Made by a program: the position numbers and the translations under genes. A stretch of 64,000 nt of DNA from Eledone cirrhosa (Eukaryota), in the NCBI GenBank assembly GCA_964016885.1, contig OZ024743.1, positions 189,534,001 to 189,598,000 of the forward strand, read 5' to 3'. This document shows, in pieces, positions 1 to 14,682 of this stretch. Every line of letters starts with the position of its first letter. The stretch's first letter is position 1. Under the pieces are notes generated by a model. That model was not told the DNA's origin. It saw only the letters and a program-made list of their open reading frames with translations, and made no database searches.

Positions 1-315
1 TAGATTCAGCTATGAGTGCGAGATCATCAGCATACAGGAGTTCCCATGGGCATACGGTCTTAAACTCCTCCGTTATTACCTGCAGGACTATGATGAACAG
101 GAGGGGGCTAAGAACAGAGCCCTGGTCGACCCCAACCTGTACGCTAAATTCCTCGCTATACTCATTGCTAATCCTAACTTTGCTGACTGCTCCCCTATAC
201 ATGGCTTGTACCACTTTCACAAGCCATTAATCTACTCCTAGTTTTCTAAGAGCCCACCAGATTACAGCACGTGGAACTCTGTCAAAGGCTTTCTCAAGGT
301 CGACAAATGCCAAGT

Positions 316-317
<2 letters not shown>
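1..317 (-). mobile_element. RTE LINE RT fragment, 5'-truncated at a (TA)n tract; continues off the window start
   Basis: Minus strand reads YLAFVDLEKAFDRVPR...QGSVLSPLLF...PWELLYADDL, paralogous to the RT at ~17480-17795; begins directly at the (TA)n at ~318-354. Confidence 0.9.
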
Positions 318-357
<40 letters not shown>

Positions 358-2930
358 GCTGGCATGGGTTAGATGGGGCATGTATATATATATATATATA
401 CTAAAAATTAATGTGTCCCTAATACTTAGACATCTCAATGAATGGGTAAAATATACAGCTAAAATTTCACTGAAAGAAGCAATTTAACATATATAAACTT
501 ATGCCAAAAAAGAGACTTATTTAGAGGTGACCATTACTTGCTTTGTTATAGCTACATCACTGGATTGTGAGAGTTTTCCTGGTATCTAATAGTGTTACTC
601 ATTGCACCACCCCCTCTAGTAGTTTACTGCTTTTGGTCTGGGGGTGTATATTTATCTGGCAAGATGGAGCCTGCTTATATTGCAACTAACCATCGTCTTC
701 TGGTGGGTGTATCACTATCTACTACCTATAACCCATTCTCTAGGTTCTCAAACGTTTTGAGCCACCCAACCCCACACGGCCACATATTACCCTCAGCACC
801 CCTATACCTATTTCCAGAGAGACCTACCTACATGCAAATTGTAAATAATATATAATAAATAAAATCGTTAATGCATATATTGTAAATAATATAATATATA
901 CTACGTATGAATAAATATTATGTTTCTTATTTTACTATATTTAAATATAATATTTAATATTTAATATACTATATCATCTCTACCACCCCCTTAGGCTCTA
1001 GCACTCTGTGGACCTTTTCAATGCCCCCGGAGAGCAGTAGCACCCATTCTAGCAGAACTGCTCTACCGAGAAATTGTGTTTATTATACATGAAAATATTG
1101 TGCATACTTTCTTGTGTAATCTATATTGACATATATATACTTACAAGTTTGGTCAGAACAGAATGATATTTCTTAATCACAGAATAATGTGATCAGAAAG
1201 CTAGTGTTAAATTGTCATCTGATATAATTATTTGAAATGTTTTGATAAATATACCATAAGCAAAACTCTAATAACTTGCTTTGTAGACTAGTATCAAAAC
1301 ACAGTGGAGGTTAAAATGACACAATTAATCTTCTTCAAAGGTAGAAAGAAAAATAAATGATAACTATTTATTCAATAAATATAGTCTGATTGGTTTCATC
1401 TGCTTGAAGAATAGAAGAGGAAATAATCTAATATCTAGTATAATGAGGTTCCGGACTTGGCTAAATTTGATTTTCATTTCAAATTGATGTGAAGGTTTAC
1501 TTTTTGTACGTTAAAGGTACATATTTAAATTACTTCAATCTAAATTGACAATGATCAACTTAATATGCTCTGGGGTGTGTGGACCCTAGGAGTACACATG
1601 AGCATGTTTTGACAAAAGTGACGATTTTCAAATGAATCTAATGTTTGTGTTAATAGTCCAATTTGAACATGGTTGGTTTCATTTACTTTCAAGGGAATAT
1701 CTTAAATCGTATTTACAAATATTTTATTTGTAAGACTATTTGTTTAATATATCATTTGACAGATAATTAAAAATACAATTAAGAACGGACTTTATTCAAT
1801 ATTATGTTCATGATTTATAAAGGCAATATCAACAATTTCTAAGAACAAAAACGTAAACAAGGCAAAAATTAATGCCTTAAAGGAACATAAAAGCAGTTGA
1901 TATCACTGAAAACCCAACTAACTTAGAACTCTTGATTTTGTCGGGTCCTAATATTTTACTGTCTTTTGAACTAATTCTCACAAATAATTCATGTGGTTGA
2001 TGAGGATGGAAGTGCATACCAACATAGTTTTCCACATTATGTTATGAACCTGCTGGATACCTTTTTGAACATAGGAGATCCTCTTGAGGAAGTCACTGCA
2101 GCCTGGTGACACTAAACAATAATGTAATACCAAAAGTAATTTGATATTCTGGATTGTCCAAGAACCCAACTAATATAAGTTATTATCTCAGAAGTTAAAT
2201 TTTTAGAAAACTTGAAACCTGTTCTTGACAGAATTAAGTGTTTTGTTGTGAAACATCAAAATATCTTTGTGGCATATTGAAACTGAAGATGAATAAATAC
2301 ATTAGTAGTAATCCAGAATATTTAAATGTTAGCCATTTCATTTCAACATATAACTGCGGCTTTTGCTTAACACCAAAATCGGTCCTTGGGTGGGTAGGCA
2401 TGCGATAAAAGACATTCCAGCCACAACAATTCCATCATTTTGTACACCAATGACAACAAATTAGCAATACATTAGTGGAATCATAAGAGCATCAGATAGA
2501 ATAATATTTGGTAATTGTTCTGTCTTTCTTCACTCTGAGTTCAAAACTCGGTGAGGTCAACTTCGGTCATCAGCTTTTTGAGGGCAATTAAATATGTATC
2601 AGTCAAGAACTGAGGTCAATTCTTCCTTTATATCCCTTTCTCACTTCTCAGGAACTAATCAGCTGTGCTCATACTTGGCAAGTGTATGGCCTCTGTCAGG
2701 TTTCAAATGTCCAATACATGCTATACAGTACTGCAGAACCCCTATAATTCAACGAATAGTTACATGTCCATACATACATATATATCAATGATTAAATTAT
2801 CAATGGTGTCCTATCTTTCTTTTTAAATGTTGGAGATTGATTGAGAAAATTTGGCTGTTAATTGTACCCGCTTATTTAGGGTTTTTCTATTTGGTTTGTT
2901 TCAACTAATAGTAGTAGAGTAATTGTTGCT

Positions 2931-3159
2931 TTAACAATTTAGCATTTACATTATTCTACATTTACTATTATATTTTCACAGTAAAGGCTTTATCTTACAT
3001 AATTATCTCACATAATATCGAATCTATGATATTTTGATGATATTTATTTTGAGAACAATACCTTAACATCGGTATGAGTGGCCAGTTACAGCCAGTTTGA
3101 ACAGAAAGAGGTGAGAGCATTCTGGCCGGATACAGCCAGTTTAATTGCTAATGGGTTAA
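2931..3159. mobile_element. piggyBac-like MITE (TTAA-flanked, consensus ends ccctttagcatt...aatgctaaaggg)
   Basis: ttaacaatttagcatt...aattgctaatgggttaa; homologous copies at ~36236-36658 and ~49080-49428. Confidence 0.55.
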
Positions 3160-4472
3160 TATACAGAAGTATGCAAGAAATGTTAGTATTAGTATGTACA
3201 TTATTTTAGGTAGGTGTAAAATAAGTTGCTGAGTAAAATTTTAATTAGAATCTTGTAGAAAGTTTTCAGCTGTTCAGTTCTTTGATATCTTATCAATGTT
3301 GCCATTTCTGGTCTGTTCATTTTTGTTTTTGTTTTGATTTTTCTTCAAGAAGAGGGCAATTACTTTCTTAACTACTTAGACTGATCACATTAGATTATAT
3401 CAAATTATATGATTTGTCTTCTGATAATGTGACAAGAAATTGGCACTTGAAATCTCTATGCTGCTATACACACATACAAATTGATTTTTGTTATTACTTT
3501 GTATGTTTGATAGTAATGTTACTGTGGATTGTGTTGTTAGTGTGATGGTTTCTGTCTTCAGCAGGTTTTAATGTTTTATATAATAGGGAGTTCTAAATTT
3601 GCTTGACCTTCTGGGTGAACTAAACATTAATGTGATTAGGTATGATGCATCTGACAATACCATGTTAAATCTAATAAAATTGTTTAATGAATTGTATACT
3701 TTAACTACAGTAGTTTAAAGGAAGTAAATGATATGCATAACAGATAGACACCTTTGATTTATGTTTACATACTGACAACATAAGAACATATTTTCAAAAC
3801 TATGCATGAATTTCATAGTAACTTCTATTCTCCTTGGCAACATGTTTATATGTGTGACAGAAATTTATCAGGGGGGCGGGGGGGAGCTGTCCACCAGGGA
3901 ATATTTTTCAGCCCTCTTCTCTGCTTATTATAGTACTTTTGACTACACACAAACACACACACACACACATACAAACGCACAATGACACACAAACATACAT
4001 ACATACACATAGTCACACACACAAACACAAATACACAATCACACACATACACAAACACACAATCACACACACACAAAGAAACACATATATATATACATAC
4101 ACATGCTCAGACAGACATAGTAAACCAATTGCCAGAGAAAGAAGAGAAAACTGTTGTGTTAGAATATATAATAAATCAAATGCAATGAAATGAGAGGAAA
4201 ATGGGACAATGTTTCTTGTGTTGTTTCATCTCTTCTGAATGCCACCTTCCTAATCTGGAAGTATCATCATAGTAGGACTCTAAGGAATTGTTTCCTGAAT
4301 GTTTACCTACCCAAAAAACGTTGGTTTTAGAGGAGTTAGCTGATGATCATAATTTCTCTTTGGTATTGCTAAATTTAGCATATTCCCCAGCCTTTTCACT
4401 GATTTCTTCTATATTACCCATTTTGTCCTATTTTACTCATTTCATTATACATGATTTGTATCTATATATAAG

Positions 4473-4750
4473 AGGTAAAGACCCCCTTCCGTCATGAATG
4501 ACCATGGGATTTGCACCTAAAAAGCTCTCCTCTGAGGCAAGGTTGTTTGTGGAAGACCAGCAATCGCCCATGCATACCAGCTACCCCTCTCCATGCCACA
4601 GATGTTGTCATCAGTGACATAACAGTTCATTTCTAGAGCTGAGTAAACTGGAGCAATGTGTCTTGCTCAAGGACACAACACATAACCTGGTCTGAGAATT
4701 GAACTCACAACCTAATGATTGCAACACTCTAACCACTAAGCCATATGCCT
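4473..4750 (-). mobile_element. tRNA-derived SINE (gtgtccttgagcaagacac core) with a different 3' tail
   Basis: Reverse complement has A box tggcttagtgg, B box gagttcaattc and the core shared with 31845-32185. Confidence 0.65.
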
Positions 4751-5009
4751 TCCTTGTATATAAATATGGTTGTAAACAACATTTCAATTGATTACAGGAG
4801 GACAATATTAGAAACTCTGGTAAAAAGTTTCTATGTCTATAAAATACTGGCATAAAAACATTAACCTTAATAAAGTGAAGTCTACTGGGTTGGACAGGTA
4901 GTATTTTGGTAGAGTTTTCTGTAAATGTTGAAGATTGTACATGCACACATAAACAAAAATCGACATTATGTGCATTTCTTATTTTCTGTTACACTATCAA
5001 AGGGAAAGC

Positions 5010-5983
5010 AATATGGATCTATCCTAATTATTTATTTGCGACTATTTACTTTATGAATTCAAATCTGGCCTAATTACAGCAGCATCGAGTTGTTGCATTA
5101 ATAATGTATTTGGGTCAAACACTATGTCTGCATTCTTCCATTCCAGTAATTATAAACTTCAAGATCAACCTCACACAGGACATCCATCTGACTTCAATGA
5201 TGAGCAACTGCATGAACTGGTGGAAGCCGACCCATGCTAGACATCACGTCAAATTTCTGAAGTGCTTGGGATATCAAAATCAATTGCATACACCAACTGT
5301 AATCATGATATTCATGCAACAGCTGCAACTTTTCTGCTCTCCTACTATCACACAGAAAGTGGTGTATCTATATTAATGTCAAGCACAAGCAATCGAGTTG
5401 ATAAATAGATTGCACACAACGGCTAGCAAAAGCTGGCCTCCACACTTGAAAGGTCATACTGAGTGTCTGATGGGACTAGAAAGGTGACATCCACTATCAG
5501 CTGCTCCTACCAAGCATCAGCATAACCTCTGAAGTCTATTGTCAACAACTTGACAGATTAGCAGCAAACGTTTCACAGGTGTACCTACACCATGGTCTTA
5601 TTTGATTCCTTCATGAAAATGCTTGGCCACATACACTAAGGATGGCCCATAAGAAACTGCTAGAGCTAGCTTGGGAGGTTCTGCTCCATCTGCCATATTC
5701 ACCTGATCTCACACCTATAAACTATCACATTCTTCTCTCAATCAGCAATGCAGTGAAATACCTTTGCTAATGAAGACCAGTTAAATTAGTGGTTGATTAA
5801 AATGTTTGCACTAAAGCCAGAAGAATTCTACAGGGATGGAATCATGTGCCTTCCTAAATGATGGCAGATGGTAATTGCAAATGATGGTGATTATTTTCAC
5901 TTGTAAAATTTTCCCAATGTTAAAAAACGTCATAGACAATATAAAATTGAAAATCAGCAAGAACTTTCTGTCCAACTTAATAT
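5010..5983 (+). mobile_element. Decayed mariner (Tc1/mariner) transposon
   Basis: LLELAWEVLLHLPYSPDLTP (YSPDLAP motif) at ~5655-5720; N-terminal LLYEFKSG-like segment; right TIR-like gaactttctgtccaacttaata. Confidence 0.75.
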
Positions 5984-6565
5984 ATTCTATATACGATGTG
6001 ACCTGACAGACTCAGAAAAAAAAGCAAGCACTATTGACCTTCCAGTCATTATGAAAAGGAAGGACGTGTAAGAAATAAACTTTAAAAATATATATATTAT
6101 GCTTATATCTAGTTTATATGGAACCTATTTATTACAGCTGAATTAGTTGCTTCATATGATTGAAATAGAAATAGAACTACAGCTCTAGATTTTATCGGAA
6201 ATTAGCCTCAGAACTTGTATTTTTGTTATTGTATGCTAAGAAAGGAAATGTACCCCTTCCCACACAATCACAGCAGGATATTTATTAATTGTAAAACCAA
6301 TGAGATATAACTATATTAACTGATCTACTACTCTTTCAATGGATATTGGTAATAAAATATCAGAAATTATTTTGGAGTGGTTTTTCTGCTGGGAGGGGTA
6401 GGTGATGGCTTTCCTTTGGCTAATGTAGTCAGTCATAACACTTGATTCTTAATATATCTATATATATATCTATATATTTATATCTATGTGTATATATATA
6501 TGTACACATATATATAGATTTATATCTATGTGTACACACACACACACACACACACACGCATATAA

Positions 6566-6603
<38 letters not shown>

Positions 6604-7322
6604 AAATATATATATATAGTATAAAATATGAAGAGAGATTTATTTGATTAAATAATCTAACACGTGTTCCGTAACCAATTACATAATCCTCTACATGAGC
6701 TGCATACAAATATTTTTTTCCATTCACTCACTCATATTATTTTTGAATTCTACAATTTTTCAGGGATTAATTACCAAACATAATGGGAGTGAGTAAATAG
6801 AAAAAGAATCCTATGAAGTTCTCATAGATGATTATGTATTAGGTAATTAAGCACTTGTTTACATCTACCTCTCCAATTCCATATACATCTCCTCCACCCA
6901 AGTCCACAATCCACACGATAAAGGGTTCATCCTGGAGACTAAGCACCCAGTCCACATTAAAGGTGGCCATGTAGGCATCACAACAAAAATCTCCTAACCA
7001 TGTTGAGGACTTGACAAAATGGGGCAAGCCCACACTGTAAAGTGGTCAGGTAGGTGTCATGACAAAAAGCGGCCAGTCCACACTGTAAAGCGGCCATGTG
7101 GGTGTCAAGAGAAATACATCCAGTCCACACTGTAAATGTGGTTGGCATTAGGAAGGGCATCCAACCATAGAAACCAAGCTAAAATCAGTTCTGTGTGAGC
7201 AAAACACAGTTCTCCAACTTGGATGTCTCACAACAGGACAGCAAGTTCTACCCATGCTAGCATGGAAAATGGACGCTAAACGATGCTGCTGATATATATA
7301 TATGCTGCTGATATATATATAA

Positions 7323-7418
<96 letters not shown>

Positions 7419-8249
7419 TTATGTATATATTGCAAGGTCTGAAGTAAGAGCTTTAAACAGTAACATATTGTGAAAATGTAAGAGGGAAGCCAAATAAATT
7501 ACATAGATTGCTGTGCTAAATTTACTAGAAATATATGTTTTGAAAACACCAGCTGACAATAAGCAAAACTCATCTTGAAGTTTTGCTTTTCATTCAACTT
7601 GGTACTGCTAGCCAACCTTTTATTCATTATCTCTAGCTATGCACACTTTGGTGAGTTTCTTTGTAGAACATTGTAACATAATGTGAACCAGAAATTTGAG
7701 TTGCCTCTGTCTATTTGGTTTGACGTTGGTCTCACTGTTCCCCAGTATTCAGGTTATCAATGTAACTGGGATGACATCAAATGCGGTTCAACCTGCATGA
7801 TGATTGAGTCTTCTCCAGATCAGCACTCACTTGTCTACTTGTGGTCTGCCTCACAGCCAAACTGCAGTGTTTGGCTCAATTTGGTGATGTCTTCATCAAC
7901 CATTACACTTCTTCTTGATGATAGCACTTGCTTTGGAGTGGCTCTGTGTGCTTTGACCACCCTATGTGTAATCAACACAAAAGCTATTATGGAGCTATAG
8001 TTGATGAGTTTGTATGACACCCATTTTAGTTTACTTGTTTGATAAAGTTGAATCTCATAATCTTTTTATTATTTGTTTTTCTTTTACTACATGGCCTTGG
8101 ATGATCTTTATTTAACTTATTTTATTTAACTAAACCTCCAGTGTTTTTAACTCCATGTAGTGTGTTGGTGGCTACTGGCATCTAGGTAACCAAACCAAAT
8201 TGTGATATCATAAACATCTCTCAGACTTGGAAGATCCCATGGAATTTCA

Positions 8250-9600
8250 TCTTTCTCATGTTACAAATCAAAACCTCTGTAATTGTAAGTTTCATATCTA
8301 ATGACACTATTTTACTGAGATATTAAATCACAAAACTTGTCAATAACTATGTATTATGATCAGTCTTGCAATGGAGCAAGCACAATGTCAGTTAAACTAT
8401 CTGGTTTCTAAATAAAAATTTAAGAAGTTACTCCAAATGCATGTTTTACACACTGCTATGCAAATTATTAAAATATGGTTCTAATTCATGCAGTAAATTC
8501 TGTTAGTTAAACTATTTTTTCTTGTAACTCTAGAAAGTTTCTATACATATTCTTTTGTGGCAGCTTACCTCATCTTTCAGAATTAAAAGAAGAACAAAGC
8601 AATAAAATCAAATTTTTCACAATGACTCTAAAGAAAATCTTTCTACTTGAAGAGCACCCAGAAAGTCAGCAGTAGAGAAAAACTTGCAGAAAGTGTCAAC
8701 AAATAACTGCTCTATAGAAAGATTATGGATGATGTGATGAAAACTGTATCACTAAGGGAAAAGGATACACTGGAAACACTCAGTACTTAGGAATTCTTAA
8801 CTGTTCGTATATTTTGGAGTAAAGTGTTAGACACATATTCACAAAAACAGTAGTACAGATCAAGTAAAAGCTTCTCATTTGATTTAGCTTTTTGAAAAAG
8901 CTATGAAAAATATGCTAAATAATTATGAATTAAAGAAGATTGACAATTAAGAAACTGAGTTGACTTGAAAATGTGATATCAATCTGGAACACAAGCAACA
9001 GAAAGAATGTAAAAGAAAAAGATTACATGATGAAGGAATATTTTATGCTCAAAACAGATTCATGGTTGATTCCTATTTTGTGTCTTTAGATTATATTATA
9101 ATTGACACAGGTAAAATGTAACTCCCAAATTCAAGATTCAAAGCATTTTGACAAGGCAGATAATGTGAAAAAATTACAATTTTTAGCAAATATAGGCGGC
9201 ATTGACAGTTAAATTGATAACAAGAGTTTCTTTCATTCAAAAGTTTAAACAAAGAAATAATGAACAAGGCAAATCCAAGTGTCAAGAAACTGAACATCAA
9301 CAATGTACTTAAATTCATGATTGCTGATGACATCTGTTCCACTTATCCTAACCTATCCAAATTGCAACACATTTTTCTGACCTCACCAATAACTAGTGCA
9401 GTTGCAGAATGATGCTTTAATCAGCTGAAAGACAATGGAAAAGGATAGATTGTCAGGGTTAGTTTTGCTTTCTATTAGAAGACAGTTGGCTACAGAGGTG
9501 GTTTCTAATAAAATAATAGATAACTTTGCCAGAATGAAGCTTAGACAAAAGATACTGTAGTTTTTTTTTATATATCCATTGTGCACATTGCTTTGTTTCG
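8250..9600 (+). mobile_element. Decayed hAT-family transposase relic
   Basis: YPNLSKLQHIFLTSPITSAVAE*CFNQLK...KDRLSGLVLLSI at ~9345-9480 resembles the hAT C-terminal dimerisation domain; upstream boundary approximate. Confidence 0.6.
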
Positions 9601-9859
9601 TTTTTATTTTGCATTTAAAATCAAATTAATTAAATAACACATTTTAATTATGTTTTGAGATTTATGAGCTTATTGTGAAATTTTTTTATTGTTCGGATTT
9701 TAAATACAAAGTAACAATTATGTACTTCCATTAAAACTATAATGACAGTGGTGAATTGGGGTGTGAAGAGGATGACAGTGATCTGTGAGTTGGTGGTGAA
9801 AGGAAGCCATATTCCTGTGAATTGGGAATTGAATATTCTCCCTGCTTTGTAAAATGGGA

Positions 9860-11010
9860 AAAGCAATCCTCTAGACTGTGACTCATATAGAGCAATTAAG
9901 CTTTTGGAACATGAATTGAATGTATCAGAAAAATAGATAGATAAGGGAAAAGTGAAGATCGATGAAACACAGTTTGGATTTGTACCAAAGAAGGAACAAC
10001 TTATGTAATTTTGATTGTGAAATAATTAAACGAGTCATGCAGTGACAAAAGGAAGAATGGTTCCACATGAAATAGTCATGTGAGTATTGAGATAATTAGG
10101 AGTGGAGGAATGGTTGGTTCAAATTATGATGGCAATGTAGGAGAAAGCCTGTTTAGTATTAAGGAATGGTGATGAATTTGAAGTGAAGGTTGGTGCATTA
10201 GGGATTAATATTAAGCCCACTAATGTGTGTAGTTATGATGGAGGTATTGGCCTAAATTGCAAAGGAGAGTTTACCATGAAAGTTTCTCTACACAGTTAGC
10301 CTGGTGTTAATAGCAGAGAGTATGGCTGAATAGAAGGAGAAAAGGAGTAGCTGGAAGGAACGCCATTAAATGTATAATATGCACTAAGTGAATACATAAG
10401 AAATGTAGTGGTGTAAAGGGATTATTAAATAATGTGGCAGCTACATTTAAGAGTAAAGGACGAATGGGAGGAGCTTGAAATGGAGAGGATATTGAGGTGG
10501 ATCTTGGAAATGGTGTGAGATTGGAGACATGTTGAATTAAGAGGGTGGTTCAGAATCTGCAGTAGTGTCTAAAGTGCATGATAGAAGTCCTGCAAACTAA
10601 TTGTGTGCTAATAAAGTGTGTGTCACTGAATTGAAGGGAAATGTGTGTACTGTATGTGTGAGAAGTTCCTTGATTTATAAAAGTGAATATGGATGTGGAG
10701 CTGCAAGGAAGGCTGGACAGAACAGAAATGAGAATGGTCTGGTAGATGAATAGAAGACAAACAATGAAATGTAGAGGATGATTGGAATAGAACCAATGAT
10801 TAATATTGTGAAGAGAAATGTGGGTCATGTATTGAGAAAGGAAGAAAATAATAGGATGAGAGGAGTGAATAAAATGAATGTCAAAGTAGGGGAAAGGGAA
10901 GATAAACGTTATGGATAAAGTGTTAGAGTATGAAATAGAAGACAAGGAGATGGGGAGGGGTGCATATGGGAAGGTAAACATGAGGAAGCTTGTTATGGGG
11001 CCAACAAGCA
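9860..11010 (+). pseudogene. Highly decayed RTE LINE RT/3' region
   Basis: gatgaaacacagtttggatttgtacca (DETQFGFVP) and LGVEEWLV-like segments; many stops and frameshifts. Confidence 0.65.
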
Positions 11011-11989
11011 TAACCGCTGCTTTAGCAAGGCAGGAGACATTAACATTCATTTTATTGATGTTGTGTTTTTAAAACTTTATTTCTTTTATGTTTTGATTTT
11101 AAGCACAAAATAAAATTGCATAATGTGCATACTCCCACTATCTTTAGAACCTAGCTATGCTCTTACCTTTGAATATAAGTCTTTTTTTATCAGAACTGAT
11201 CTGGAGCTAAATAACAACAATGATTGATCTCTTGAATGAAAACCGGTTATTCAAGAGACAAATAGTAATCACTCACTTTGCAGGAAAAATCTGAATACTC
11301 CTGTAAACTTTGGGCATTCTCCTGTCACCCAGAGTGTGGAATTCATCTTAATGGGAAGGCAACTGCAAATATAGTGATGAGATAAACCTCCAAGTGAACA
11401 TTTCGATTGACCAAAGTGGCAGTGCCAATATTTGACACTGATGGTGAGAGAGATTATGTAGAAATAGATATGTATAAACATGCGTACTGAAATTGTGTAA
11501 TCACAGGCTTAGAATATTTTAAAAGATGGTAATTGATGGCCACAGACACCTTAGCATAATAGTTAATGCTTTCAAGAGATGTGAGGTTTGATTCCACTTT
11601 TTTCATATGAGATGGTGTTTGAATATGAAAATATGCAAGGATAGATGCAAGAATATGCAAGTGTATGAATATATCTATGTGTTTGTGAATGTTCATTTTA
11701 TTTTGTTTCATTTTAAAGGGAATATTATTCACAAATATTCTTGTCGAAGAGTGTGAGAAGGATTGCGAGCATGGTTGTAAATGAACATATCCAAACTGCT
11801 ACTTTCCTACTTAGAAAATAAATTTCTATACTCTACCCATCAATATTAAATGCTCATTCAGTCATTGTTTTAATGTTTTAAATACTGCAGTATTTTAAAC
11901 ATATATTCTGGTACATGAATATTTTCATATGTATGAACACTCTTATACATCAGGTATATAATTATGTATGTACATGTGTACTGCATGCT

Positions 11990-12560
11990 ATATGCGAGTG
12001 AATATAAAGGTGTATAGGAGTGAGCCAGAACACATCAGGCAAGTAAGCCATTTGTGTGCTATACTAACAACACCTCATATCAATGCCATTAGCTTGCATG
12101 CATAAACTCTTTGTTGCCAGCAGAGAAAGTAAAATCCTTAACCCTTTCCACTCTATTTTGGCTTTGGCAACTATGCTTTCAGAACACCTATTTCCACTGT
12201 TAATAAGGTAAACCAGGTAACAAAAGCTTTCAGTTAATTTAAGGGATTCTTCCAAGTACTTGAATATATTTATTTTATTTGTTCTACTCCAGTACATCTG
12301 TCACATATAAAGTCTATGTTCCCTTTAAGCATATATGTAACCTAACTATTGTGCATTCATAGTTTACATTTGGTACACTATATTGAATTCCTATCTACCC
12401 CATTTTTCTCCATACAAAAACTTAGCACTTACCTTTTGTTTACCATGATTCCTTTCAAATCTATATTTTGCTTTCAGATTTGGATTTTCTTCTCTAAACT
12501 ATTGACAGATTCAGTTAAAAAAAACATGCCTTCAGCATACATGACTTATAATAAACAGAA
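11990..12560 (-). pseudogene. Decayed RTE LINE fragment (post-RT region)
   Basis: ORF 12064-12297: ESFCYL..LINSGNRCSESIVAKAKIEWK..LLATK matches DSFRYLGDKISSGGGCSESTVARVRTGWK of the intact copy. Confidence 0.7.
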
Positions 12561-13578
12561 GTGAGCTGAGATCTGATTCCTGATAGACAACAACATGCAT
12601 GCTAAATTATTCAATGAAGCCACTGCTAATTTTCAACTTGCTGATAGCTGTATATGGGTTGCACAACTTTCACAAGCCAACTATCCAACTATCTTATGAA
12701 TCACTAAACTACATACAGTAAAAATATTGTCAACCCATCTCTAAAGGAAAAAATGGTGGATAGGGCAGCTTATCCATACAAGTACTCCTCTTGTAGCTGT
12801 CTCACTAAGAAGAAACGGTAGCACTCTATTCTGGCATAAAATCAAATGTCCCCTCATGTAAGTGAAAAACAATATTGTTTCTGATCTAGTCGAAGCAAGA
12901 GTGTATTTGTTATACATGTAACAATGAGAAACTGATCTCTAGTATAGCCGTTAAAACAGTTAAATGCTGTCAAAGACACCAATGGGCAAATATACCTCAG
13001 AGGGTAGAAACCAGTGACCAGAGGTCAACAGAGAGACAATCCACAAGTTGGGTGAGAGGCAGATGAAATATAGAAAAGATTGAAAGAAGAGGAGGACAAG
13101 AGGTGCATTGGTGCACAGAATTGACTAGAAGGAAATAAAGAAAGGTGATATACAAAACAAGTGGACAAGTTTACACACATCTACACCCTTATCAGCTCTC
13201 AAATCAGCAAAATGGTTTTGCACGGTTTAATTGAGTGTAGCATTTTAAAATGCTGGATCGTACAACAGAAAAATAAATCTTTCTGCTGGTATGTGTGTGT
13301 AATAAAACAAAAAGCACAAATAGAAATATATAAATTTTGATTCTATATCACCATCGTCATCATCACCATCATCATCTTTTTAGAATCTGCTTTCCCTGCT
13401 AGCAAGGGTTGGATGGGTCAACATAGACCACATTAGTGCTGAAGTGGAGGCTACTGATCTCCCAGAAAAGTCGGGAATTTGTTGTTTCTCTTATGTATGG
13501 TATATATAGCAAAGGTAAAAATAGAACGCTTTTTGCATGTAGAGAGCTATGTATGAGAGAATATGATTGCCAAGTATG

Positions 13579-13613
<35 letters not shown>

Positions 13614-14197
13614 GTATATATATATATAAATATAATAGGATATGTGTTCCTACACACACAAAGCGTTAAGGGACACATGTATTGTCCAACCATATGCCAA
13701 TGTGGCTCAATGGCAGGTTAATAAATTAACGAGCCAGAACATATATAATCAGGTTTAGCAAATAATGAAAAAGTTTCAAAATAAATTTTAAAAAATTGAC
13801 TTTACTTACCCTAGTTACCTTTACCGAATCGGTTTCGAATCTCAAAAATAAACGGAGACCATATGGCCTTCGTTGCAAAGAAAGATTCTCGTCAGAAAGT
13901 TCTTTACATTCGAAGAATATAAAATTCTTGAATTTAAATTACGAACTAGCGCTATCCAAAACTGTTCTCGAGATGAGAGTAAATGAAGTGGAATCAATTT
14001 TTTCAAGGACCGAAAGTAAAGATAGAGGCAGAGGGAGGTAGGTCAAACGGCCACCACTTGATTATATATATATATATATGTATATATAGTAATAATAATA
14101 AAATTGAAGACTAAAATCCAAAGAGGGCTCGATAAGGAAAATATATATCAAATATATAAGAACCGTGGAGCAAATATTTATTAAAATAACAGATTAA

Positions 14198-14248
14198 AGT
14201 TTAAGCAAAGAATCGCTGCTTTCACCCTTAACGGGATCTTCTGAAACT
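14198..14248 (-). ncRNA. Type I hammerhead-like motif, CAGAAGA (U4A) core variant
   Basis: Reverse complement is identical to 14593-14643. Confidence 0.5.
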
Positions 14249-14592
14249 AACTAGTTAGAATTTTAGTCTACAACTTCTGCTATACCATTTACGTGGTTTT
14301 GTTCTCCACGCTCCACATATGACTTATTATCTTCGTTTTTTCGTTCATTGCCAGAGAACGTCTCTATGCACCACCTAAGAGAACATTAGTCTGCGACCTC
14401 TTTTATACCATAAACGTGGTTTTGTCTTTGCGCGTAATTGTTTTTCACCGCTCCTATTAATGACGTATTATTCGTTTTTTCCCGTTCTTTGCCAGCGAAC
14501 GTTACCACGAACCAAAGTATCGTCTTCCTGTCTTCCTCCGGTTGCAACGTTTTTTGAAATATTCAGTTCTGCGTTTACAGATTGACTTTGTT

Positions 14593-14643
14593 AGTTTCAG
14601 AAGATCCCGTTAAGGGTGAAAGCAGCGATTCTTTGCTTAAACT
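14593..14643 (+). ncRNA. Type I hammerhead-like motif, CAGAAGA (U4A) core variant
   Basis: AGUUU-CAGAAGA-U CCC guuaa GGG U-GAAA-GCA gcgauucuu UGC-UU-AAACU; stem I extends via cagattga/ttaatctg. Confidence 0.55.
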
Positions 14644-14682
14644 TTAATCTGTTATTTTAATAAATATATGTATATATATATA

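Larger units (their letters stand above)
14085..14665. mobile_element. Foldback non-coding PLE pLTR-like insert (family A) in (TA)n
   Basis: 14176-14250 is the inverted repeat of 14590-14665; TA runs on both flanks; HHR-like motif in each arm. Confidence 0.7.
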
